This document shows, piece by piece, positions 30,495 to 37,635 of a stretch of 42,357 nt of DNA. The first letter of the stretch is position 1. Each line of letters opens with the position of its first letter. The stretch spans positions 1-42,357 of the forward strand of contig DIPE01000027.1 of assembly GCA_002427015.1 (NCBI GenBank). The letters are read 5' to 3'. A program made the translations under genes and the position numbers. This DNA is from Firmicutes bacterium UBA5496 (GTDB lineage: Bacteria; Bacillota; Proteinivoracia; UBA4975). The notes beneath the pieces were generated by a model that was not told where the DNA came from, ran no database searches, and was given only the letters and a program-made list of their open reading frames with translations.

Positions 30495-30525
30495 AAACCC
30501 GGCTCCCGGGTTTTTATGGGTTTAA
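30483..30525. terminator. Bidirectional terminator formed by a 20-bp perfect inverted repeat
   Basis: ttaaacccataaaaacccgg (30483-30502) and ccgggtttttatgggtttaa (30506-30525) are exact reverse complements around a 3-nt loop. The inner GC stem is flanked by A5 and T5 runs. Both arms contain a stop codon. Confidence 0.7.
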
Positions 30526-31527
30526 GTATGCGATTTCAGCGGCAATTCGCTTAGGCAACCCGGCAACCTCTTGAAAGTTCATGCAGGGATTGTAACAGCC
30601 CTCCAAGGCAGCATGCAGCTTGGCGGCAGCAGCAATATTTGTCACTGCTTTGTCCATATAGTACTGAATTTGGTCTTCTGATTCCGAGGGTCCCCGATAG
30701 TCTGAACCAAAGGTCCAGTCTGCCCCTTGAACCCTGTGGGGAGGGTGACTAGAAAATAAGGCAAATTCTCCCGGAATATAGATGTGTTCCAAGTATTCAG
30801 GCTGGAAACCACAGTAGAGGTAGATGGCAGGGATTCCCCGCAGTTTGAGTGCTCGGGCAATTTCAGCTAAGACAAGGGAATTAAAGGCTCTGTTTCCTCC
30901 TTCCAGGGCGATGCTGGACTTGGCCTTCAGCCTGGGCAAGAAGTTGACAATTCCTTTGCTGGTGAGGCCAGAGGCAAAGGCCTTGCGGTTGAAGCCTTGG
31001 GAGGTATCAGGAACTAATTTTAGGATAGATTGCATGTCATCTTGGGCCTGCGCCTCTACATCCCCGCGGCGTTCAGTTTTTTGAACCAGGTTTGCCAGAC
31101 CTGCAGCCACAGCCAGCCAGCCGTAGGCAATTTTATAAAGTTCCGAAATCTCATTTATAAGTTTCTCAATCTGCTGGCGGCGGGCAGCCAGGGCCCTGTA
31201 GTCCCAATAGCTTCCCAAATCTACTGTTTGCTGGACAGCTCCCGGCAAGCGGGGACCGATTGTATGGGGAGCCGTGCCATCGAGAATCGAGACCTGCTTA
31301 GAAGGAATATAAAGACCGTCCAGAGAATCTGCAGCCGCTGTGCAGTGGTATTTTTCCAGGGAGCAAGGGAATTGCTTGGCCACTTCCTTGATGATTGTTG
31401 ATTTTCCTGTGCCGGGACCGCCTTTGAGGATATAAACCCGTTGGAAACTGTCTAGGGCCAGGTACTGGTAATGGGAACAAAAGCCTTGGGCAGAATTGGC
31501 GCCAGCAAAGAGATGGATATTGTTCAT
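30514..31527 (-). CDS. Uncharacterised two-lobed P-loop NTPase (first Walker A intact, second degenerate)
   Basis: This is the only minus-strand gene. ATG 31527 follows AGAGGGG, giving MNNIHLFAGANS. Walker A is LKGGPGTGKST and a Walker-B-like segment is VSILDGTAPH. The second half repeats this architecture (see findings). From memory it resembles the conserved Firmicute 'ATPase' family of unknown function. Confidence 0.7.
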   Translation of the reverse strand: MNNIHLFAGANSAQGFCSHYQYLALDSFQRVYILKGGPGTGKSTIIKEVAKQFPCSLEKYHCTAAADSLDGLYIPSKQVSILDGTAPHTIGPRLPGAVQQTVDLGSYWDYRALAARRQQIEKLINEISELYKIAYGWLAVAAGLANLVQKTERRGDVEAQAQDDMQSILKLVPDTSQGFNRKAFASGLTSKGIVNFLPRLKAKSSIALEGGNRAFNSLVLAEIARALKLRGIPAIYLYCGFQPEYLEHIYIPGEFALFSSHPPHRVQGADWTFGSDYRGPSESEDQIQYYMDKAVTNIAAAAKLHAALEGCYNPCMNFQEVAGLPKRIAAEIAYLNP

Positions 31528-31600
31528 GCCAACCCCTCTTTCAGTAACCTGGTTTATCTTACTGCAAGCACAAGGCATCAGTGCAATTGCCGGAGAAATT

Positions 31601-31609
31601 TGCTATAAT
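31601..31609 (+). promoter_or_regulatory. Candidate extended -10 promoter for the ymfK-like gene
   Basis: TGcTATAAT at 31601-31609, about 20 nt upstream of ATG 31630. The -35 is weak (gtgcaa with a 17-nt spacer). Confidence 0.4.
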
Positions 31610-31629
31610 AATTTGTGGAGTGAAGGCCA

Positions 31630-32391
31630 ATGGAATGGTATATGGAGTATGAAGTCATCCATGACAGGCCTGGTATTTTAGGTGATATTGCCACTTTCCT
31701 GGGCCTGATGGGAGTCAACATTACTATGATTAATGGCATCGCCGACGGAAAGCGGGGTCTGCTTTTAGACTGCAATGATTCAGCCCGGATGGTCACCTTA
31801 AAAAATGCATTGGCCAAGGCAAACAGCATCCAGCTTACAGCCTTTCGCAAGCCAAGCTTTATCGACAGAATCAGCCTGAAACACGGTAAGATCATTCATC
31901 GGGACGCCAATGCCCCTGGCACATACAGCTTTATCAGGGAAGACCTGGGGATGCTGGTGGATTTTTTGGGCGAGCTTATTTTAAAGCAAACACCTGTCAT
32001 CGGTCTTAGGGGCATGCCCCGAGTCGGCAAAACCGAAGCTACCATTGCCGCATGCGTCTACGCCAATAAAAAATGGGTAATCATCTCTTCGACGCTTATG
32101 CGCCAGTCTATGCGCAGGGTTTTGTCCGAGGAAGAGCTTTCTCGAGACTGTGTTTACCTGATTGACGGCATCGTTTCCTGTGTCCGGGGCAGTTTGGAGC
32201 ATAAACAGCTGGTTGAGAAAATATTAGAGTATCCAGTTCCTAAAATCATCGAGCACCCGGATATATTTCTGCGGGAGAACGCTCTTACCGAGAGCTTTTT
32301 TGACTATATTGTCGAGCTTAGGCGCACTAAGGACGAGGTTATAGACTATAGCCTGGTTTCCCAATCTTTTTCGGCCTTTGATATAAGCTGA
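31630..32391 (+). CDS. ymfK: ACT-domain plus P-loop protein, YmfK (DUF3388)-like
   Basis: N-terminal ACT-like segment (VIHDRPGILGDIATFLGLMGVNITMING), then Walker A GMPRVGKT and hhhhD (CVYLIDG). It lies immediately upstream of rodZ, as ymfK does in B. subtilis. The family assignment is from memory. Confidence 0.65.
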   Translation: MEWYMEYEVIHDRPGILGDIATFLGLMGVNITMINGIADGKRGLLLDCNDSARMVTLKNALAKANSIQLTAFRKPSFIDRISLKHGKIIHRDANAPGTYSFIREDLGMLVDFLGELILKQTPVIGLRGMPRVGKTEATIAACVYANKKWVIISSTLMRQSMRRVLSEEELSRDCVYLIDGIVSCVRGSLEHKQLVEKILEYPVPKIIEHPDIFLRENALTESFFDYIVELRRTKDEVIDYSLVSQSFSAFDIS

Positions 32392-32401
32392 GGTGAGTTA
32401 A

Positions 32402-33175
32402 GTGGAGCAAATTGTTTCCCAATTGATTGAGGCCCGCCATAAAGCCGGACTTAGTCTGGAGGATCTGCACAAGCTGACCATGATTCCGATCAGGCAATTA
32501 GAGTTTTTGGAATCATATCAATTTGACAAGATTGGTCCTTCAGTTTACGTCAAAGGTTTTATCCGCAGGTACGCTCAGGAAGTAGGCATCGACCCTGACA
32601 GCCTGTGGCAGATAGAGAGCAGCCATTTGCCCCTTGCTGCTCCTGTCAAGCCCAGACGCAGCAGCCGTCAGCCCTTTAAAAATTACCTCATTCCCATTGT
32701 GCGCATTCTCGCCACTCTCGCTGTCCTTATTTTGGTGGGTGTATTGATCTATAAAGCGATTATATCTTACCGGGACCCCGGCCTGCCGGCGCCGCCGGCG
32801 CCACCTGGACAGCAGGAGGAACCTGAGCCTGAACCGGAGCCGGAACCAGAACCGGAACCGGAGCCTGAGGTAACTATTGAACAGGTGCAAGCAGATAATG
32901 CAGAGGGCATTTATCTGGTGCACAATGCCCAAGCCCTGGATATTATTTTGGATTTCAGCGGCAACTGCTGGACTCGCATTACTGCAGACGGAGAGAAAGC
33001 AGGAGAGGGGACTTTCACAGCCGGCCAGCAACAGCAGCTGACGGCAGCGGAGACCGTAAAAATCAGGTTTGGGGCGCCCATTAATGTCAGCGTTACTGTC
33101 AATGGTGTGCCTGTGGAAACACCGGATATTCGCAAGGGATTTAATTTGGAAATCAGCCTGGCCCCTGCCGACTGA
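32402..33175 (+). CDS. rodZ: Cytoskeleton/shape protein RodZ-like (HTH, TM, DUF4115)
   Basis: GTG start. N-terminal XRE-type HTH (ARHKAGLSLEDLHKLTMIPIRQLEFLE, YVKGFIRRYA), a single TM segment (LIPIVRILATLAVLILVGVLIY), a P/E linker and a C-terminal beta-rich domain. Confidence 0.8.
   Translation: MEQIVSQLIEARHKAGLSLEDLHKLTMIPIRQLEFLESYQFDKIGPSVYVKGFIRRYAQEVGIDPDSLWQIESSHLPLAAPVKPRRSSRQPFKNYLIPIVRILATLAVLILVGVLIYKAIISYRDPGLPAPPAPPGQQEEPEPEPEPEPEPEPEPEVTIEQVQADNAEGIYLVHNAQALDIILDFSGNCWTRITADGEKAGEGTFTAGQQQQLTAAETVKIRFGAPINVSVTVNGVPVETPDIRKGFNLEISLAPAD
32819..32869 (+). repeat. Hexanucleotide (GAR-CCN)x8 tract encoding (EP)8E in the RodZ linker
   Basis: Read directly: gaa cct gag cct gaa ccg gag ccg gaa cca gaa ccg gaa ccg gag cct gag. 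Confidence 0.95.
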
Positions 33176-33191
33176 TTATGGGAGAGTGGCT

Positions 33192-34499
33192 ATGGATAGC
33201 ATCGCAATTGTAAGTCTAGGTTGCCCTAAAAATCAAATTGATGCAGAGACTATGTCAGGGTTACTGGCTGAAAAGGGTTACCAGCTTACACCCATTCCGG
33301 AAACTGCAGATATCATTGTGGTAAATACCTGCAGCTTTATAGACAAAGCCCGGCAGGAGTCAATTGAACAAATTCTAACCATGGCTGAATATAAAAAAAC
33401 CGGCCGCTGCCGCCTATTGCTGGTAACAGGCTGCCTGGCCCAAATGCATCATGAGGATTTGGCCAAAGAGATTCCTGAGGTTGACGGTTTTTTGGGAACG
33501 GGGAGCGTAGATAAAATCCTCGAACTCATAGAGGGAAAAAAGGCGGTCATTTCTTCGCCGGAAATGTATGACGGCCTGGCTGAGACCAGACGCCTGTTCT
33601 CTACCTACCCCTATGGATATTTAAAAATCGCCGAAGGTTGCAACAATTGGTGCTCATATTGTGTCATCCCCCAGTTGAGAGGTCGCTTGCGCAGCAAGGA
33701 ACGGCGCCAGATACTTACCGAAGCGCGCTTGCTGGCCGCAAAGGGCATCAGGGAAATTATACTCATCGCCCAAGATACTTCTCAGTACGGACTGGACATC
33801 TATGGCAAAAGCATGCTGCCCGAGCTCTTGCTGGAACTGGAGGAAGTTCCCGGCATACACTGGATTCGCTTGCTCTATTGTTATCCAGACCACATTACAG
33901 ATGAACTTATTGATGTCTTTGCTGCTTCCGCCAAACTCTGCCCCTATCTGGACATTCCCTTGCAGCACAGCCATCCCGCTATCTTGCGCAGCATGGGCCG
34001 CAAGCGCAGTGAAGAGGGGGCCAGGGAACTCATTGAGAAGCTGCGCCAGCGTGTGCCCGGCATTGCCTTAAGGACCACTTTTATTGTCGGTTATCCTGGC
34101 GAAACCCAGGAGCAATTCCAGGATCTGTTGGATTTTGTGCGCTGGGCAAAGTTCGACCACTTAGGCGCATTTACTTATTCTCGGGAGGCGGGAACAAGAG
34201 CAGCGGCAATGAAGGCCCAAGTTTCTGCGGCCACTAAAAACCGCCGTTACCACCAGCTGATGTCTCTGCAGCAACAGATTGTCCTGGAACGCAATCGGCA
34301 GCTGCTGGGAAGAAAGTTTACTGTCCTCATTGATTCAGTTCAGAGCGGCCTGGCCTATGGCCGCAGCTACCGAGAAGCGCCTGAAATAGACAGCAACATT
34401 ATTATTCCGGCCATCGCGACTAAACCGGGGGAATTTGTCCAAATTAGATGCACCGGCTGCGATGGATATGATTTAATGGGAGAGATTGACAATGGATAG
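33192..34499 (+). CDS. rimO: Ribosomal protein S12 methylthiotransferase (radical SAM MTTase)
   Basis: ATG 33192 gives MDSIAIVSLGCPKNQIDAE (UPF0004 domain). It also has a radical-SAM CNNWCSYC motif and a C-terminal TRAM domain. The listed 33069 start overlaps rodZ. Confidence 0.88.
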   Translation: MDSIAIVSLGCPKNQIDAETMSGLLAEKGYQLTPIPETADIIVVNTCSFIDKARQESIEQILTMAEYKKTGRCRLLLVTGCLAQMHHEDLAKEIPEVDGFLGTGSVDKILELIEGKKAVISSPEMYDGLAETRRLFSTYPYGYLKIAEGCNNWCSYCVIPQLRGRLRSKERRQILTEARLLAAKGIREIILIAQDTSQYGLDIYGKSMLPELLLELEEVPGIHWIRLLYCYPDHITDELIDVFAASAKLCPYLDIPLQHSHPAILRSMGRKRSEEGARELIEKLRQRVPGIALRTTFIVGYPGETQEQFQDLLDFVRWAKFDHLGAFTYSREAGTRAAAMKAQVSAATKNRRYHQLMSLQQQIVLERNRQLLGRKFTVLIDSVQSGLAYGRSYREAPEIDSNIIIPAIATKPGEFVQIRCTGCDGYDLMGEIDNG

Positions 34500-35073
34500 C
34501 GTCGCAAACAAAATTACAGTTGCCCGGATTTTTCTTGCCCCTCTATTTATTATCATTATTTTGCTGCCCATTCCCTATAGGGAGTTCTGGGCCGCCCTGC
34601 TCTTTGTAATCGCTGCCAGTTCCGACGGCCTGGATGGCTACCTGGCCAGGAAGAGCAAGACAGTGACCACTTTCGGCAAATTTCTCGATCCTCTTGCCGA
34701 TAAGCTCCTGATTTCTGCCGCCCTTATTACCTTGACCTGGCTCAAACTTGTTAATCCCCTGTCGGTATTTATCATTATCAGCCGGGAATTTGCCGTCACA
34801 GGCCTGCGAGTGATTGCTGCCAGTCAGGGCCTGGTAATCGCCGCCAGCAAACTGGGAAAGGCCAAGACTTTGTCCCAAATTATCGCCGTCACATCCTTAA
34901 CTCTTAACGCGGGACTTGCCACAGGGGATTCTTGGCTGCATAAAATTTTCGGTTTTCTGCCTATGGATCTAATTTCTCGGACTGCCTTGATTATTGCCGT
35001 CATCATGACTTTGATTTCAGGCATAGATTACTTTATAAAAAATGCGCAGGTTTTTAAAAAAGGATTGGCTTAA
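34492..35073 (+). CDS. pgsA: CDP-diacylglycerol--glycerol-3-phosphate 3-phosphatidyltransferase
   Basis: CDP-alcohol phosphotransferase motif DGLDGYLARK..GKFLDPLADK. ATG 34492 overlaps the rimO end. Confidence 0.9.
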   Translation: MDSVANKITVARIFLAPLFIIIILLPIPYREFWAALLFVIAASSDGLDGYLARKSKTVTTFGKFLDPLADKLLISAALITLTWLKLVNPLSVFIIISREFAVTGLRVIAASQGLVIAASKLGKAKTLSQIIAVTSLTLNAGLATGDSWLHKIFGFLPMDLISRTALIIAVIMTLISGIDYFIKNAQVFKKGLA

Positions 35074-35090
35074 GTCCAATCCTTTTTTTG
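35061..35090 (+). terminator. Rho-independent terminator after pgsA
   Basis: aggattgg (35061-68) pairs with ccaatcct (35076-83). An A6 run precedes it and a T7 run follows. The stem spans the pgsA stop codon. Confidence 0.75.
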
Positions 35091-35113
35091 TTAGTAAAAA
35101 TAACGCTTTGCCA

Positions 35114-35122
35114 TGTTATAAT
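35114..35122 (+). promoter_or_regulatory. Candidate extended -10 promoter for the 35152..39052 cassette
   Basis: TGtTATAAT at 35114-35122, 30 nt upstream of ATG 35152 and just downstream of the pgsA terminator. Confidence 0.4.
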
Positions 35123-35151
35123 GTTTTATGTAAACTTGGAGGTGGATGCTA

Positions 35152-35637
35152 ATGCGATGGAAACTCTTTGTGCCATTGGCAATTGTTTTGACATTGCTGG
35201 GAATGTTGGGCAGCAAGTACTGGTCTGCATCAGCATCTCACCGGCAGATAGCGGCGCTGCAGCAAGAGGGTTCCGCTGAGATTGCAGAAGCTGAGGAAAG
35301 GGTTATTATCAGCTTAAGCCCTGAGGGTGACCTGGCGGATCTGCTGGCTAAACTTGATGAGGCCCAGGTAGAAGCTATTCTTGCCGGCAGGGAATTGCGC
35401 CTGCAAAGAACCGGCGCTCAGCCTGTTGATGTTGCCCTTGCCCGGCAATTAGATTTAATTATCGCCCAGGCCGCAGCCACCAGGGAGTATTACACAGCCA
35501 GCCAGCAGCTTCAGGAGCTGGCGGCGGAGAGGGGATACCGTTCTGCCCTTGTAATTTGGGGGGAGAGAGTGGTGGCCGCGGTGGAAAACGACAGGAATAG
35601 CTATATAGCCCAGCAGGCAATGGGGGTGAATCCATGA
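35152..35637 (+). CDS. Membrane-anchored protein of unknown function (N-terminal TM plus ~135-aa A/Q/E/L-rich domain)
   Basis: ATG 35152 lies 9 nt after GGAGG; ATG 35146 is too close to it. The product starts MRWKLFVPLAIVLTLLGMLG. I recognise no family motif. The stop overlaps the next start (ATGA). Confidence 0.6.
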   Translation: MRWKLFVPLAIVLTLLGMLGSKYWSASASHRQIAALQQEGSAEIAEAEERVIISLSPEGDLADLLAKLDEAQVEAILAGRELRLQRTGAQPVDVALARQLDLIIAQAAATREYYTASQQLQELAAERGYRSALVIWGERVVAAVENDRNSYIAQQAMGVNP

Positions 35638-37100
35638 AAGAAACAGCAGCGGCTGTCTTAGTAGCCGCTTTGACAGTAATGGCATTTAACGGCGTCAACA
35701 TCCTGCCCTATATTTTAGTGTCTGTCATAGGCCTGATGCTGGTAACTCGCTTTGAACTCCTGGATAATATCAGCAATGGCGGCAAGCATATCAAGGATAA
35801 AGGCGCTCTTTCTGAAATCAGTTTTGATGCAGTCGGGGGCCAGGATGATGCCAAACATGATCTCATGGAGGCATTGTCTCTTTTGCAAAGCTCCCGGGGC
35901 AGCAAGCTGGGGGTTAAGCCCTTAGGGGGCATCTTGCTCCAGGGCCCGCCGGGAACGGGTAAAACCTTGATGGCTAGGGCTGCAGCCAACTATACCGATT
36001 CCGTCTTTGTTGCCGCCGCCGGCAGTGAATTCGTGGAAATGTATGCCGGCGTCGGCGCCAAGCGGGTGCGGGATTTATTCAGCAAGGCTCGGCGCCTGGC
36101 CCGCAGGTATGGCAAGGATTCGGCTTTAGTCTTTATTGATGAAATGGATGTGGTGGGGGCGAAAAGAGGCAAAGTTGAAAGCCATATGGAGTATGACCAA
36201 ACCCTCAACCAATTGCTGGTAGAACTTGACGGCATTGAGGACAGGCAGGAGGTAAAACTCTTTGTCCTGGGGGCTACCAACAGGGCTGACCTCTTGGATG
36301 ACGCCCTGCTGCGTCCAGGACGTTTTGACAGAATAGTTGACATCGGCCTACCCGACCTGGATGGAAGATTAGCTATACTCGGCATTCACTGCCAGGGAAA
36401 ACCCCTGGGAAGCGATGTGGATTTAGAGGATATCGCCCATCAGACTTATGGCTTTTCGGGAGCGCACCTGGCGAATTTAGCAAATGAGGCTGCAATTCAA
36501 GCAATGCGCCGGGGTGATGAATGCATTTGCCAAAAGGATTTTCTCGAATCGATTGACAAGGTGCAGCTGGGAAGCGTCCGGGAAGGCCTGCTTTCAGCGG
36601 CAGAAAAGCAGCGGGTGGCAATTCATGAATCGGGACATGCTCTCATCAGTGAAATATTCTTTCCAGGTTCAGTCTCAACTGTTACGGTGGTGCCCAGATC
36701 CAAGACCCTTGGCTTTATCCGCCAAAAGGAAACCGTCTCTCCAGTCCTGCAGACCGAATCCTATCTGAAAAAGCAGTTAAGCGTGCTTTTGGCTGGGGGC
36801 GCAGCCGAAGAACTTGTCTTTGGTGAACGCAGCACCGGCGCTGCCAACGACTATCAGCGGGCGGCGGAGATCAGCGAGAATATTATTGCCCACGGTCTCT
36901 CCAGATTGGGTATAATAAATATGAACTATGTGGACAAGGGGAAGCTCAGCCTGACCAGCAGCGAAATCATTGAAGAGAGCCGGGCGAAAGTGGCGGACTT
37001 GCTTGCCGGCCAGCGGGCCGTGCTGGATGCCATTGCGGTAATTTTGGCTGAGCGGGAACGGATATCCGGAGAAGAATTTCGCAGAATAATGCATAACTGA
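35634..37100 (+). CDS. FtsH-family AAA+ zinc metalloprotease paralogue (short, 488 aa)
   Basis: Two TM segments separated by only about 4 residues. Walker A GPPGTGKT, pore loop EMYAGVG, Walker B VFIDEMD, SRH ATNRADLLDDALLRPGRFDR, M41 zinc motif HESGH, and a downstream GAANDY segment. Confidence 0.85.
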   Translation: MKETAAAVLVAALTVMAFNGVNILPYILVSVIGLMLVTRFELLDNISNGGKHIKDKGALSEISFDAVGGQDDAKHDLMEALSLLQSSRGSKLGVKPLGGILLQGPPGTGKTLMARAAANYTDSVFVAAAGSEFVEMYAGVGAKRVRDLFSKARRLARRYGKDSALVFIDEMDVVGAKRGKVESHMEYDQTLNQLLVELDGIEDRQEVKLFVLGATNRADLLDDALLRPGRFDRIVDIGLPDLDGRLAILGIHCQGKPLGSDVDLEDIAHQTYGFSGAHLANLANEAAIQAMRRGDECICQKDFLESIDKVQLGSVREGLLSAAEKQRVAIHESGHALISEIFFPGSVSTVTVVPRSKTLGFIRQKETVSPVLQTESYLKKQLSVLLAGGAAEELVFGERSTGAANDYQRAAEISENIIAHGLSRLGIINMNYVDKGKLSLTSSEIIEESRAKVADLLAGQRAVLDAIAVILAERERISGEEFRRIMHN

Positions 37101-37122
37101 TAAGCCTGTTTCAGGCTTATCA
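37098..37122 (+). other. Perfect 11-bp hairpin at the FtsH-paralogue stop codon, no U-tract
   Basis: tgataagcctg (37098-37108) pairs with caggcttatca (37112-37122) around the loop ttt. The sequence atacataatgggg follows. Confidence 0.5.
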
Positions 37123-37146
37123 ATACATAATGGGGAGGAAGAGTCC

Positions 37147-37635
37147 ATGGGGCAGTCAGAAAGGGCGGAAAAGTTAGTGCAACTGCTGGCAAGTTGCCAT
37201 CTTTCTCTGGCCTTGGCAGAATCATGCACCGGCGGCAGCATTGCCGGCGAGATAACAGATATTCCCGGCGCCAGCCAGGTGCTAGCCGGCGGGGCGGTAG
37301 TCTACACCCCTGAAGCCAAGACAATTTTCTTAGGGATTCCCGCCCCAGAGCTGCCTGCGGGATGCGTGGGGGAAGAGCTCACAAGGGTTATGGCCGCCAG
37401 AGTCATGTCTTTGCTTGGAACCGATTTGGCTCTTGCCGTTACCGGCGCCCTGGGCCCCACAAGTCCTGCTGAGAGCATCCAAGTGGGAGAAGTCTACATA
37501 AGCATTGCCGGTTTGGGAAAGCAAGAGGCGAAGAAGTTTATTTTTGCCGGAGACAGGCAGACTATTAAGGAAGCGGCTGTGGCTGCAAGCATTGATAATC
37601 TGCTGGCGTACATTGCGAGGTGGTACATTGCCTGA
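37147..37635 (+). CDS. pncC: Stand-alone CinA C-terminal domain (NMN amidohydrolase PncC-like)
   Basis: ATG follows GGGGAGGAAGAG. Motifs LALAESCTGGSIAGEITDIPGAS..GGAVVY and LAVTGALGP are typical of the CinA/PncC domain. No N-terminal MoCF-binding domain is present. Confidence 0.85.
   Translation: MGQSERAEKLVQLLASCHLSLALAESCTGGSIAGEITDIPGASQVLAGGAVVYTPEAKTIFLGIPAPELPAGCVGEELTRVMAARVMSLLGTDLALAVTGALGPTSPAESIQVGEVYISIAGLGKQEAKKFIFAGDRQTIKEAAVAASIDNLLAYIARWYIA

Noticed and set aside
32819-32869. Tandem repeat considered as a possible CRISPR or VNTR locus
   Set aside because: The 6-nt units are in frame inside rodZ and have no spacers. This is a coding low-complexity linker.
33069-33191. Upstream extensions of ORF-track starts (rimO 33069, infB 10340, nrnA 12669, rnj 24603, dpaA 20026, pnp 15933, uppS 2609, the minus-strand P-loop gene at 31578)
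   Set aside because: Each extension overlaps the preceding gene or a terminator and lacks an RBS. Internal ATG/GTG/TTG codons with good Shine-Dalgarno spacing reproduce the canonical family N-termini.
35634-37100. Short FtsH-like gene as a truncated pseudogene
   Set aside because: The reading frame is intact and all ATPase and protease catalytic motifs are present. The C-terminus aligns to the end of the M41 domain. The shortening comes from the missing inter-TM domain and C-terminal tail.
37505-37627. Upstream extension of the metallophosphoesterase ORF overlapping pncC by 131 nt
   Set aside because: The extension translates to a highly basic, non-protein-like stretch (MPVWESKRRRSLFLPETGRLLRKRLW). 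A TTG with GAGGTGG at 37628 gives a sensible TM-first N-terminus.
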